A stretch of DNA of 56,120 nt from Paramecium tetraurelia (lineage: Eukaryota): positions 186,001 through 242,120 of the forward strand of contig CT868038.1 in the NCBI GenBank assembly GCA_000165425.1, given 5' to 3'. The notes beneath the pieces were generated by a model. It saw only the letters and a list, made by a program, of their open reading frames with translations. It was not told the origin of the DNA and searched no databases. Of this stretch, positions 37,020-53,352 are shown one piece after another (the first letter of the stretch is position 1; every line of letters starts with the position of its first letter). The position numbers and the translations under genes are program-made.

Positions 37020-38119
37020 TCATCTTCCAGACCATGAGGCAACTTATTTCTTGAACATGATGATTACTTCATCCAAAATGGCATTCTCCTCTTGTCTCTT
37101 GGCTTTTGCTTCAGCATAATCAGCTCTCTTGCTTTCTAAGTCAGATTGGGCCTAATCTAAAGCATCTTGGGATTCTTATAAGATGATCTTTGATTTAGCT
37201 TATTGAGCTAAGGCGGCTTGGATTTACTAAACAATATAATGTTGATAGACTTACAGTGGCAGTTCTGTCAGCGAAGACTTATTTTCTTTCGTATTCAACT
37301 TCCAATGAGGCAATTTCAGCTTCAGATAAAGATACCCATCCAGCCAATTCCCATGAGGCATTGATTTCGTTTTATTTCAAATTTTCTAATGATCCTTCCA
37401 ATTCAGAATGTAATCCTTCAAGGACACCCAAGACTCTTTCAGCCAATGTTTATCCATGTCCAGATGATTCTGAAGCCTAATTGATATATGATTATTATAG
37501 ATACTTATCCTTCTTAAGCAAGTGCCAAGAATGATTTGATTTAGTGTTCTTAGAAGAGGTTGCTGTATTATTTCAATTTCTCGGCAACTGATTGAGCTTA
37601 GACTTAAGTGAATTCAAAGGAATCTCCATTGATGATGTATCCAGCAACATCTTATTTGAGGAGTCTGATGACTTCCAAAGCTTCTTGGTTATGTTTGATG
37701 GACTTAACAAACAATTGGTTGGAGAAGCATTAGTTGTCTTGGAGTGTTTCAATTTTAGCAGCAATTGAATCTCTTCTTGCTTCATTCCATGCCAAATAAT
37801 TTTTGGTTTATTTAAGAACGTTTTCGTATTCAGCTCTGTTTTCAACAGCTTATTGGAACAATTTTTGATTGAGGGTCTTGATTTTAGTGAATTATTCAAT
37901 GGTTTAAGCACCAACCCATTCGTCTGTCTCGTTCTTTTGGTCAGCTGCGAATTGAGCATCGATGTTTGATTACTTTAAATCGTTAAGCAATCCAAAGACT
38001 GTGTCAATGGCATCACTGGCCTTTGTTCCTGTTTAAAGGAGAGCCAAGATTTAATCTTTTGTGCTGGTGGCATTTGAGACCACAGCCAATGCAAGAATGA
38101 TAGCGATGATTCCTTTCAT
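37020..38119 (-). CDS. Trichocyst matrix protein precursor (TMP/granule-lattice family)
   Basis: Signal peptide MKGIIAIILALAVVSNA followed by two coiled-coil halves (AIDTVFGLLNDLKQ... and LAERVLGVLEGLHSELE...), a single Cys (QCFSN), and a C-terminal KRQEENAILDEVIIMFKKQVASWSGR. Two 28-nt introns; relatively GC-rich codon usage. Confidence 0.85.
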
Positions 38120-38149
38120 TTATTTATTAAATAAAAAACGACACATCTC

Positions 38150-38672
38150 AAAAACGATTTAATATCACATTATTTTATATTTCTAGTCTCTAAATTTTCT
38201 AGCTTATTCTTTCACATTCATTTTCATAAGTCTAATGCTCTTTGTAATTACTGTTATCAGGTTCATTGAAGGTAGAAGTGAGAATTATTATACTTTTTAA
38301 TTCCTATGTATGAATTGATTTATTCCCAAAAGATGTCTATCTAACGAGTACTAGAAATTCAGGTTTCATTGTTAACCAAGTACAAGTACAGCAATCCCAT
38401 TGAGATAATGCTCAAGTGTCGAAATTAATTTTGAAAATTCTCAGATAGAGTTTATATTGAGTAACTATTTACGCTAACATCTGCAAAAAAAGAGACATCT
38501 ATTTCTAATTTAATAGTCTGCTTTCATTTCCAATAACTTTTTCACCCTCTTATCTAATGGCATAGTTCTATCGATCAATGCTCTAATACTAAACATTTAG
38601 AGGGTGCTCATCCTAATATTCTTTTTACAATTATTCTTCATATTCCATTCTCTTGTAGCTAAACTTAAACAT
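38150..38672 (-). pseudogene. Possible small gene or decayed gene
   Basis: ATG at 38672 (MFKFSYKRMEYEEQLQKEYQDEHP...) and intron-like GT..TAG segments are present, but I could not build a continuous spliced frame. Confidence 0.25.
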
Positions 38673-38693
38673 AATTAATAATATCTTTAATTA

Positions 38694-39553
38694 ATGCTCA
38701 CCAGATCAATAAACACTTTGAGGTTGGGCTTGAAGAATCTCTATCAACTCAACCACATTAAAAGTTTCCACAATGCCACAGTGGCACACAAAGCATAGGT
38801 CATGAATGATGAATCCTCATATGTTGTCAAAACTGATCGAATTTACAAACCAACATACACCATTGAGTTTGATAGAATTGGAGAAGTGTTGCTGTAATTG
38901 AGTCACTAATCATTAGTTATTCATGTGATCCCCATAAACATCTTACAATCTTCCTTAAATATCCATATATACTATATGAGACAGCCATTCCATTGTCCGT
39001 TTACCTTTGGTTTAAGAACCCATTAGACATTGCATGGTATTGGAACAACCTTTTCATTTATGCACCATCATTTTTGTGGATTCCAAGAATGTGGTAATAA
39101 ATCTTTCCATTTTACATAGGTATTGGAGATCATTGTAATATAAAATACAAAGACTCTCTTTACTCAGAGGTGGCAAAATATTAAAGATTGAGACAAACAC
39201 TCTTGCTAATGATAAAAACACTTATTGGGTTGAAACATATTAATTCCATCCATTAACAGCTGATTTCACATAATTTGATGATCGTGATAATGCAGATTAT
39301 TTGACAGAAGAAGGATAATTAAAATATGAATTAGCATGTCAACTTGATCATATCCAAGAATTGGGTACCACAGTTTAAGATGAAGTGATCTATTTCATGA
39401 AAGTATTTGAATTATAAATGGAAATAGGAAGGAATAGTTCATCATCCTGAATTATTTGAAGCAGCTACCAAAGGTTATGTGGTTGACACATCTAACTTTG
39501 TGATTAATACTGCCCATAATATCAGAGCATTTGAAGGTCATCACAATCAATGA
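38694..39553 (+). CDS. Mitochondrial membrane protein (TMEM70/TMEM186/TMEM223-like architecture)
   Basis: Presequence-like MLTRSINTLRLGLKNLYQL, two short aromatic TM segments (AIPLSVYLWF and LFIYAPSFLWIPRMW), then IQRLSLLRGGKILKIET. Three tiny introns; TGA at 39551-39553. The family assignment is tentative. Confidence 0.65.
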
Positions 39554-39612
39554 AATAAACAATTACATTATAAAATCATTCAAAATATTACGTACTTAAT
39601 ATATAGATTAAT

Positions 39613-41796
<2,184 letters not shown>

Positions 41797-42059
41797 ATTT
41801 TATAAATAAAATAAAATTTATCAAAAGTAGATTTATTTTTATCATATTTTTCAAAATAAATGTGAATTCTTCATGATTATTTATAAAGAATTCAATATTT
41901 TTCAACATCTCAGTTATCATCAGTTATTCATATATAATTGTTTTTTAATTATTATTATTAACCAAAGCAAAACCAAAAATAAACAATGAAATGGATAAGA
42001 AATTAATTTATATAAAAAAAATGATTCGACGTGAATAATATTTCTTATAATTACTAATG

Positions 42060-42890
42060 TCAAAGATGGTCTACCAAATGAAGAAGTTTAATTGTTGCAT
42101 CCTCTTTTGAAATATGGTGTCTTATTCACTAAATTAATGGCATTTAATTGATCAACTGGAATACTTAGATATTATGAAAAAATTGATAAAATTTAATTAA
42201 TAAATTGAGGTAATCATCAAATTGTATCCAATCTTTTTTGTTAAGTTTTTTAGGTATCTTAAGTTCTAGAGGTATGTTGGATATCTTAATAGTCTTGTCT
42301 AATTGAGAGATAAAAATGATTTGTTCCAAGGCTGTTCTTTTTGAGTTCAATTCTCACGCACTCTTTGAGAAGGTAGAGAAACTTAATCAAATAATTCATA
42401 TCCAAAAAGTGGTCGTATTCTACATTATACTGTTCATACAATACTCGGTACCTAATTTGAAAATGTTCTTAGACCCACCATACATCCACGGGTGTTAAGT
42501 CCCCCATTTCCAGAGATTTAAAGCATAGTAACACTTCTATTGAAGTCTGGTATATGTTATATATAATACAATTAATATAACTTTGCCTAGATTGGTTCCA
42601 AATTGATCAAACTTCTTTAAAGATTATTTGTAAACATAATTGAAATGGTTGAGCAATTCATCTTGTTCTGGAGTTCTGGTCTTGTAAGAATTTAGGAATA
42701 AAACGATTTCTTCTATTAAGGCTTTGCTCAATCCCCTCTGTGTAATCTTGCAAGAATTCAATTTGGTATTTATGAGACTATCAATGTCTGGATGTGAATG
42801 CATAGAAACATTATAGAAGTGCATAACCAATCTTTATAAAGTCTTTTCTGAATGTAGTACTTTATTATTGGTTTGGGTACAAGTTCCCAT
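42060..42890 (-). CDS. Hypothetical protein with N-terminal MGxC acylation motif
   Basis: ATG at 42890 (MGTCTQTNNKVLHSEK...) includes the ORF-track fragments 42624..42830 and 42165..42350. Several introns with approximate boundaries. Confidence 0.55.
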
Positions 42891-42914
42891 TTATTAAATT
42901 AATTATAATAACTT

Positions 42915-44611
<1,697 letters not shown>

Positions 44612-45631
44612 TATATCATATTAACCAATACCTATTATTCATTCATTTAAAATTTAATAATTAATACTAAATAAAATATTCATTCAACTCTAGAATCTTC
44701 AAAGATCAATGGTATTTATTTTAGAGCATTCCAATTTTAAATTGTTTTCTAATGTTGTTCATATAGGCTTACAGTCAACAGAATTAATTACTTCAGTATA
44801 TTGCACACCTAAACTAAATATCAAAAGTAATTTCCTCTAAGTACTAAATTTTAATCATTAATTGTCTTTGCTTATTCATATCTCTATTTCATTTTCATTT
44901 AATCTCATTTAAGAACAAAATCATTAGAATAGATAAAGATTATTTTATTTGCGATCCAAAACATATCAAATATAATTATAATACAATATTCAAAAATAGA
45001 ATTGTAACTGAATGGATAATATTTTGTATAACCATATTGCTTTATTTGGCAAATTTACTTTAAAATTCAGTTGAGAAGAAATATTTGAATTTTATTCATA
45101 AAATATAACTGTTGAAAAATTAATCCCAGGCAACAATATTATTCTTAATAGTGTGAGAACAACTATTTATAGTTGATCTAATTAAAGAAAATTATGCAAA
45201 TTTATATCAAAAGAGTGAGTATGAGAATTGTTATTAAAACGAAATTGACTACATTGTCTAAAATCAATATACAAGAATACCTGCATTTTTTGTATTGATA
45301 TGCTGGGATATTTAATTTAATTCAATAATATTAAAGAAGATAGTATCAGAATTATAGATGATTTATTATACTTAGCGCTGTGATTTATTTATATAATTTT
45401 GAATGTTTTACAAATACATAAATTTAACATAGAATTAATAAGGTTTTAATACCCCTATTTTATATTTATTCCACAGAGGTTGACAGATGTTTTTGAATCA
45501 CTTTTTAATAATTTGCAAAATCAATGAGAAATAGTGTATATAATTATTAATAAAATGAATCTTATTTAAATTAATAAGCATTATTTTTAAAATTTTGTTT
45601 TATAAATATAATAAATTAAGATTCTTTGATT

Positions 45632-46382
45632 ATGACCAAATCAGGAGATGCCGATGATTAACAAAAACAATCAAGAAAATACTAAAAGATCAATAAAGAA
45701 GAAAGAAGAGTTGTATTAAAGCTGCTTATCAATGACAAACTTTCTCTTTAAGAGGTATCAAATTTTGCTAAAATTATCAATATCTCTAACTAATATATAT
45801 GATATTTTAAACATTTATTTAATATAGGTAGCTAATAGACTTAAACTGAAATACTGTACTGTTCGGACAATTTAAAAGGCATACGAGAAAGATGGTCGTA
45901 TAGGGAAAAAGGAAACCAGAAAGAAGAAGCTTAAGGTTGAGAATATTCTGAAAATATCTATCGTAAATCCATTCACATATTTACTATCAGAGCCTATTGT
46001 ATCATCAGAAGTTAGCCAAGTAAATTTAAATATAATTATATAGATTTATATAGATAAGCAACCTACAAAGGAAGACTAAGTAAATTTAGCTAAAGAATAG
46101 CGCTCACTTCTTCAATCGTAATGTTAAAAACTCTATATCATATTATCGTAATAATTATAAAGACCAATGGAAAACTCTAACCAGGTATATTAAATTACTC
46201 TACAAAATTTATTGTGGGCATCGCAATTAGTAATAAAGTAACTTCTAGAAGTTAAACAATAAATCAATGTAAAACAAGAGCATGAACCTGGTTCCCCTAA
46301 TCAAACATAATATCCGTTTCCAATCTAACATAATCTATACTAATCATAATAGAGTTTTGTGTTACCAAGAATCAATTCTTGA
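45632..46382 (+). CDS. Helix-turn-helix (homeodomain-like, Tc1/mariner-IS630 N-terminal type) DNA-binding protein
   Basis: Spliced frame RKYQKINKEERRVVLKLLINDKLSLQE|VANRLKLKYCTVRTIQKAYEKDGRIGKKETRKKK, then a Q-rich tail. No DDE domain. Introns at 45755-45827 (73 nt) and ~46020-46043. Confidence 0.7.
45755..45827 (+). other. Atypically long intron (73 nt)
   Basis: GTATCAAA...TAATATAG has no internal AG. Removing it joins LSLQE to VANRLKL and completes the HTH. Confidence 0.75.
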
Positions 46383-48144
46383 TTACCAAATGTTAATGCT
46401 ATTGAATATATGAAAATAATAATAATTTATTTTATTATTTAATTAGTTGTAACAACTTTTTAAATTTATAAATATTTCCTCTCCATTTTCTCTTAAATTG
46501 AACTTAAAAATTGCCTTTAATCACTTTATGTCCAACTTTCAACATCTCCTAATCAAATTACCATAAATTAAAAATATTACTCTTCTCATTTCACTCCATG
46601 ATTTAATACAATTAATTACTTAATTAAAATCAACCAACTTTTCTCCAATAAAACTTATAAAAAATACATTTCAGTCTTTCCACACTCATATTTCCATCCA
46701 AATGGTAAAATTCCATTCAAGTTTCTTACTAACTTCAATTTTAATTTAACAATCAATTCTTAATTGATCTTTCCTCACAATATGTCATTCTTTTCCAATT
46801 ATTTTTAAAACATCACTATTAACTCGTTATGATGCTCAAAATTTTTCAATTTTATTTCCATTTTTTACTAACTCAACCTTTCTTAACAGTTTAATACCCT
46901 AAAAGCGATTATTTCAATTGTTATTATATGAAGGGCATCAATTAATATAATTTCAAATTTTAACCATTCCAAAAGCAGAAATATTGTCTAGCCATTTCAT
47001 TACTGCTCAAATATTGCTAATAGTTAGCCTATATTGGAATATTTCTAAACTAAAGTGTTAGCAATACATTAGTTATCTATTATTTTATAAATTCAACAAA
47101 AAATTAGAACAAAAAAGAATGGAAAGAATCCATTTGATGCTTGTTTCTATTCATGAACTCATAATAAAATAATAAATTTCACATTTTTACTGAACATTTA
47201 TGATAATATATAATATATATAAATGTCATAGTTCTTTTTTCATCTATTGAACAAAAGGTTAAAACTCTCTTTGAAAGTCTTATTCTATTACTTTGAATTA
47301 ATCCACTTTCAAATTCAAAGTTTTAGAATTATGTTGGCTAATCATGTAGAATTTAAAAACATCAAAGTTTATAATTACTACTAATAACTTAATTAAATTT
47401 AATATGCTGATCATTGATTATTTAGATTTTGCGATTTTCTAAGTTGAGCAAGCCTACATTTATATATTTTTAACAATATTATTTTTTTCATATTTTGGAT
47501 AAGAAAACAACATAATTTTAAAAAATAAGTTTATTCTAAATAAGTCTATAGCATTATAAGGATTATGAGCTACAATGATTATAGTTTATAATTTGATTCC
47601 TCTAAAATATTAGGTTTAAAAATAATAAGATAGGGAAATTAGGACTCAGAGAAGTAGGTTATTAAAATACGATAGTAGCATTCAATTCATTAAATGCGTT
47701 CTTGTTATTATTTATAAGTTTATACATCCATATACATTGCTTTAATATCATTAATTAAGCAATTTATAAATTATAATGATAGTAGTTTAATATTTAGTAT
47801 TAAAATTATATTTTATTTTTATAGTGTTTGATATTAACGTAACTCTGCTGATTAAAAGGGATGATATTCATTATAATAACAAAATTCAATATCATAAAAT
47901 AAAAATCAATCTCCTTAATATTTCACTTGGAATTGCATTCGAAATTAAGGGTATTTCCCCTTCTATATCATCACAATGTATGAACAAAGGAAGATTGACT
48001 AAAATATAAACGAATTGAGGTTTAATTCATAACAGAAAAAAAGGGAAATTTATTAATTGATTAGTTTTTTGATGACTCATCGATATTTTGTTGTTTTAAT
48101 TGGTTATTATAGAAAATAGAAATTATTAAAAATTTTAAAAGAGA

Positions 48145-48882
48145 ATGGTATTGCAAGAAATTTTTAATATTCCCCCTTTAACTCGAGTTATCATAATCAG
48201 TAGTGTGATATTGAGTTATGCTACCTACATTTAGTATTTGAAACCGTCAAACCTATACCTAAATTATAAATTAGCATTTTCAGATCAGTTCTAAGTAATA
48301 TATAAAATATTAAGCATAGCCATGGAGAACAGTAACAAGTATTTTATATTTTGGAGATTTGGATTTAATAACTGTGATGCACTTAATCTTTTTGTAAATA
48401 TTGAATTTTGAGAAATAGTCAATAAATCTCATCTTATTTAGAATCCCATACTTTTCTAGGATTTGCTAATTACCTATATTACTTGATTCTGAATTTCATA
48501 ACAATAACTGTAATTGGTTTATGGTTGAATGAGCATTCACTAACAGATTACTTTGTGGAATCGTTGATGTATGTTTGGGGAAGATAAAATTAAGAAAGAT
48601 AATTATTATGTAATATTAGTTTGTCAATGTAGTTATGTTTGTAATTCAAGTCAAAGCTTAATATATCACTTGGATATTCATTTTTCTAAATATTATTTCT
48701 GGAAGATCAATCCAATCTAATTTGATAGGGGCGTTGATTGGACATACTTATTATTACTTTGCTTTTATAGTTCCTAAATTGCACAGATTCAAAGGAAAAT
48801 AATTATTAGCAACTCCTAAATTTCTGTAAGATCAATTTACTAAATTAGAACGAACATTTGCAGATACTTTGAGAGAGAATGA
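48145..48882 (+). CDS. DER1: Derlin (Der1-like ERAD membrane protein)
   Basis: Motifs IPPLTR, QPWRTVTSILYFG, YLESHTF, LMYVWGRQN, KAQYITW, LIGALIGHTYYY and LLATPKFL. Four tiny introns. Confidence 0.9.
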
Positions 48883-48930
48883 ACTATGATGAATTAATAA
48901 CAGGGTTTTGATTTGTATTATAAATAATTA

Positions 48931-50477
48931 ATGAAAAATATTAAATTTTCTCAAGATTATACTACTGATAGCTTGGGAATATCCAGAACAACCTTTTCAA
49001 AGACCCAAATATCTCTCAATAAAGTTATGAGTCTAAAAGGATCATCTTAACCTCAAACAGACAGAACTGAATTCAATTATCAAACTCCACTTGCTCATTT
49101 ACCAGAATTGAAGATGAAACAAGCAAAATCCCAAAGGAAGATTGGACAGAGACTTACCAAAAAATGTACAAGATAAAGTGATTTCTTTAATGTTTACAAG
49201 GCTCCAGAAACCTTATAAACTAATCCTGATACGCTCAAAAAATAATCTCGAATTTACAAAATGACCTAATATATCATCCAATAATATAATGAAGATATCA
49301 AAGCCATTAGAGATTCCTAAGATTACGATGAAGCTATTGCTGAACAAAAAGTTTCAAAGTACTTAACTGAAGCCTGGCTAAGCATTGAATAACTTATACA
49401 AACTTTAACTAATTTGTTAGCCTACAAATTCAATAGATAAGAGTGTGAATAACAAATGAAGGAAATTCTAGTTGAATGCTTTAAATAAAAGAATATTTGT
49501 GTACATCAAAGAATACTTTACATTTTTGGAAAAATAGAATAATTATTTTATAACCCTATCCAAGGAGCTATCTATTTCAAAATCTGTAAACGATTATCAG
49601 ACACTGATGCCCATTACAGTAATAAAATGAAATCCTACAGAGGTTTGGGTGAATGTCTACTTAGGATCTACCCAAAATTAAGCTAATTGTACTTCACCAA
49701 ATATTTGATGGCTGCCTGGAAACTCAAACAAAAGAATGATGAATTACTTGCCTATGAATTATTGGGGAAGTATTATTTTTACGTTGGTTAAATTGAAAAG
49801 GCCAAACTCTTCCATGATAGAATGATTAATGGAAATTGTGAGGTAACCTCTATACTTATCATTAGGATGAAAATTCTAGAGTCCGCTTGCTAGCCTTGAG
49901 TCGATTGGAATAAGGGAGTTTAGCAAATAAGATTAATAAAGATCATATGATTGTTGATGTCGAATAAGTATCCTCTGATGATGAGTGCTATGAAATTGTA
50001 TTTCCCTAAAAATCAGATAATATTCATTAAAAATATTATGTTGAAAAATACTTTCAAAAGAAAATACCAGATATTAAAGTCATTAAAGATGAAGCAAACT
50101 TAAATATTAGATAAACCGAAAGAAAATATCATTCATAATTTTTCGGTAATGAAAATTTCGAACCATCCAGAGTCGTAGTTTCTAATCCTCATCAAAGTCT
50201 TGGATCAATCAAGGATAAAGTTTTGATGAGTCATATGACTCCTAATAGAAAATTAGAGATGTATTAATATATAGCATTGGCTAACGATAAAACTGGGTTT
50301 GTCAACTCACCAAGATATGAAGGATTGTATAATAAATATGAGGGAATCAAGTTTAATAAAATTATCAACAGAACCATTGAATAATTTAATAATATTCAAT
50401 AATGGATTACTTCTCAAGAAAAAACACCCACTTTACCATAAACAACAATAAGAAGAAAAGGTTACTTTCTAGTCTGA
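48931..50477 (+). CDS. TPR-repeat-containing protein
   Basis: ATG at 48931. TPR-like helices KMKSYRGLGECLL and ELLAYELLGKYYFYVGQIEKAKLFHDRM. One tiny intron at ~49843-49865; TGA at 50475-50477. Confidence 0.7.
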
Positions 50478-50864
50478 TATACTATAATTAAAATATAATT
50501 ATTTTTGTTCTTTTTTTATAATTCTTTATTCTTCTAATCATTTATGATATAAAGTCAATTAAATAAAATGGATATGTAGTTATTTGACCATATGATAAAC
50601 CAATAGATGCTTTATTTTAAATTGAGTAATTCTAATTAGTTGATTTATTTTATTAAAAATAATCATCAGTAAAATATAAGATGGTTAATTAAATTATAGA
50701 TTAATTTCTAATAGAATTTCCAATAACTAAAATTATATCTAAGGAAGTGAATAGTAGATCAATTGTATTCTTAAACAAATGACTTTAAGAAATCATAAAA
50801 TACTGTAGAACTCCTGATTGCGATTGTTAATAAAAATCTAATTATATATTATATCACAATAGTC

Positions 50865-51665
50865 TCATTATTCTTAATTTATTATCTCTTTTATGTATTT
50901 TTTCTCTTCTTCACTGTTCTGTATTTAAATTTATTCAATATTCTCATATATTAGACCATCAGAAATCTAATAATTCTCACCAACATAATATTGTAGATCC
51001 TTCATCTGATTACACAATATTATCTTAGACTTTGTTTTCTCGTTTAGGAATGGTCTTACAATATTCATAACAGATTTAACTAGAAAATTTGGATATAGTA
51101 TGAATAATTGATGCAGTCTCTCTGCATAATTATCCTACACTAAAGTCACTATTTTCTTCATTATTGTAAACATTGATGAATCAAAATTCTTGAATGCAAC
51201 ACCTTCTCTATCCCAAATCACACTGATTCTCCCAGTTCCAGTCATATCTGCCTGCTGAATTCCTTAATCAATCATATACAAAAAGAATCTGATGAGTGTC
51301 TCAGGATTACTTTCACCAGGGAAATGTCTCTTTGCTTTAATAATCAAACAGGGATTCCCTAATTTATCAACTCCATTCCAAAAAGCCTTTCTTAAATCTA
51401 TCTCTTTTTGGATCTCTTCAATTTTTATTTCATCAGCTCTATACTATTTTCTCCACTCAACCCATCGTTTCCATTATTCAAAAGCATCATTAATCTTCCA
51501 TTCTCTAGCAATTAACAACCTAACCAAATGATCCTCATTCGAATATTTTTAGATTAAATTTTCACTTACTAAATTTCGGATTTCTTCTTGAATCTTAATC
51601 TACAATTATTTTAATCTTTCAGTGTGATCGCTTGTTAGTGTCATTTTATTCTTAGGTTAATTCAT
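50865..51665 (-). CDS. CRAL-TRIO (Sec14-like) lipid-binding protein, 266 aa
   Basis: Intronless 801-nt code-6 ORF with LVRLLIAREWKINDA, GVDKLGNPCLI, VIWDREG, QDNYAERLHQLFI and VRPFLNEKTKSKI. Confidence 0.92.
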
Positions 51666-51740
51666 TCCTCTAATAGAATAATACTATTATAATAAAAATT
51701 AATTAAAAAAAATATTTAATAAAGATATAAAGTATAGGAT

Positions 51741-53093
51741 TCAACTTCTAAAAGTGCTTTCTTCTGTTATTACTTAGAATTTCTAAAATGTATTTTATAT
51801 ACTATCCAAATAGTATTTGGGTTTAATCTCGCTTTAGCTGTCATTCAAATGATAACTATAATAAATAACATAAATTTACATTTCATCTTTTGGAGAATTA
51901 GTAAATTCATTAGTTATTATATCATCCTGAATTTCTTTTATTTCTTTTCTCTTAGATACACTATCTTGATCATTTTTATAAAGTAGAGTTTATAAATTTT
52001 GAATTTCGAAATGTTGATTTAGTATTGTTTTTTGTTGTAGCTCAATTTATTTCTTTTATATTTAAACTATTTGTTTTAGTTTAATAATTTCTTTTGTATT
52101 TTGAGTATTGTCAGTACAAACAGAGTTTAATTGTTTTTCAGTTAACTAATTCAGATTGCATTAAATATTATCAAATTTATGATCTAATTTATGTTTTTAT
52201 TTATCAAGATGCTATAATTACGATTAAAATGAATCCATATCATATTATAAAGATAGTTTTCTATTCCTCGTATCTTTTTCGTTTCTACTACTTATATTAG
52301 TGTTTAATCTGTCTGATGATTATTATTGAAATAATTCATTTACAAATAAGTTCAGTCCAGTTATTTGTTTTTAAAGGGAATCTTCAGTTTATTAAAACTG
52401 TTTTCTTTAGAGATCAATCTAATCTTTTAGATAATTGATTTAATCTTATTGATTAGCTTAAGTCACAATGGGTTGATTCTCTTTATCTATTTTAGTTTTG
52501 TTATAAGAACCTTATTTAATAATAGTTAATAATTATTAATTTTCAGCTTTGAAAAACTTAATGATTTTATCTTTGCTTGTAATTTAATCTTAAAGCATTT
52601 TATTCTCTTTGTTAAATTCATTACTAGAGTCAGTCAATTATTCACACATTTTTTCTATAGTTTAATTTAATTATTAAACGTCTTTTTCCAGTTATGAAAT
52701 CGTCACTTAGTAGGTTGCATTTTACTATTATAATTAAGCAATGTTTTTATTTAAATCCGCAATGATTAAAGCTTTAAGATGGATCTCATTTCTGAGTTAG
52801 ATTTCTTCCGTTTTGTTAGTAATATAAATGGATGAAACATTTTGGATAGAATCTATGATTTTAGTGTTCTCAGTTGTTGATAAATGATTCATAGAGTTAT
52901 TTTTGGAATGCTTAAAAGATTCCATTTTATTTCCTGTGGTTTTTAATTTCTCATTCTTTTCAAACTATTTTGGTAAACTACTTGCTTTAGATACCAACAT
53001 TAGATTACTTTGTACCTTTTTCATTTGAGAAACATCTTAGATTGAATTTGAGTTAAGTTATTCCTATCTCTTGATTATTTTAGAGGGAATCAT
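51741..53093 (-). CDS. Hypothetical Q/K-rich coiled-coil protein
   Basis: ATG at 53093 (MIPSKIIKRQEQLNSNSIQDVSQMKK). Q/K/E-rich frame ending ...TEESTFRS-TGA. Intron positions not resolved. Confidence 0.5.
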
Positions 53094-53352
53094 TAACGAT
53101 AATTTATATTTTAAATATAAAACAAAAATTGTATAAATATCAATTGAGATATACTTGAGAGATATTTTGAAAATAAAGGGACAGAATGAGAGTCTTAGAT
53201 TATTTATTTATGAGAAACTTATTAAGTAGAAGGGGACATCAAAGTAGTATAAGAAATAAATAATTTACACAATATAAATAATTTAAGGATTTCTTGATAT
53301 AAATAATTTAATTATTTTTTTTAAACATTTTAAGCAAATAAGAAGTAATAAA

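Noticed and set aside
38925..38945. Suspected frameshift in the mitochondrial membrane protein gene
   Set aside because: Recounting GAT CCC CAT AAA shows the frame is intact after the 23-nt intron.
45600..46450. Autonomous Tc1/mariner transposon around the HTH gene
   Set aside because: No DDE/D catalytic domain, terminal inverted repeats or TA target duplication were recognisable.
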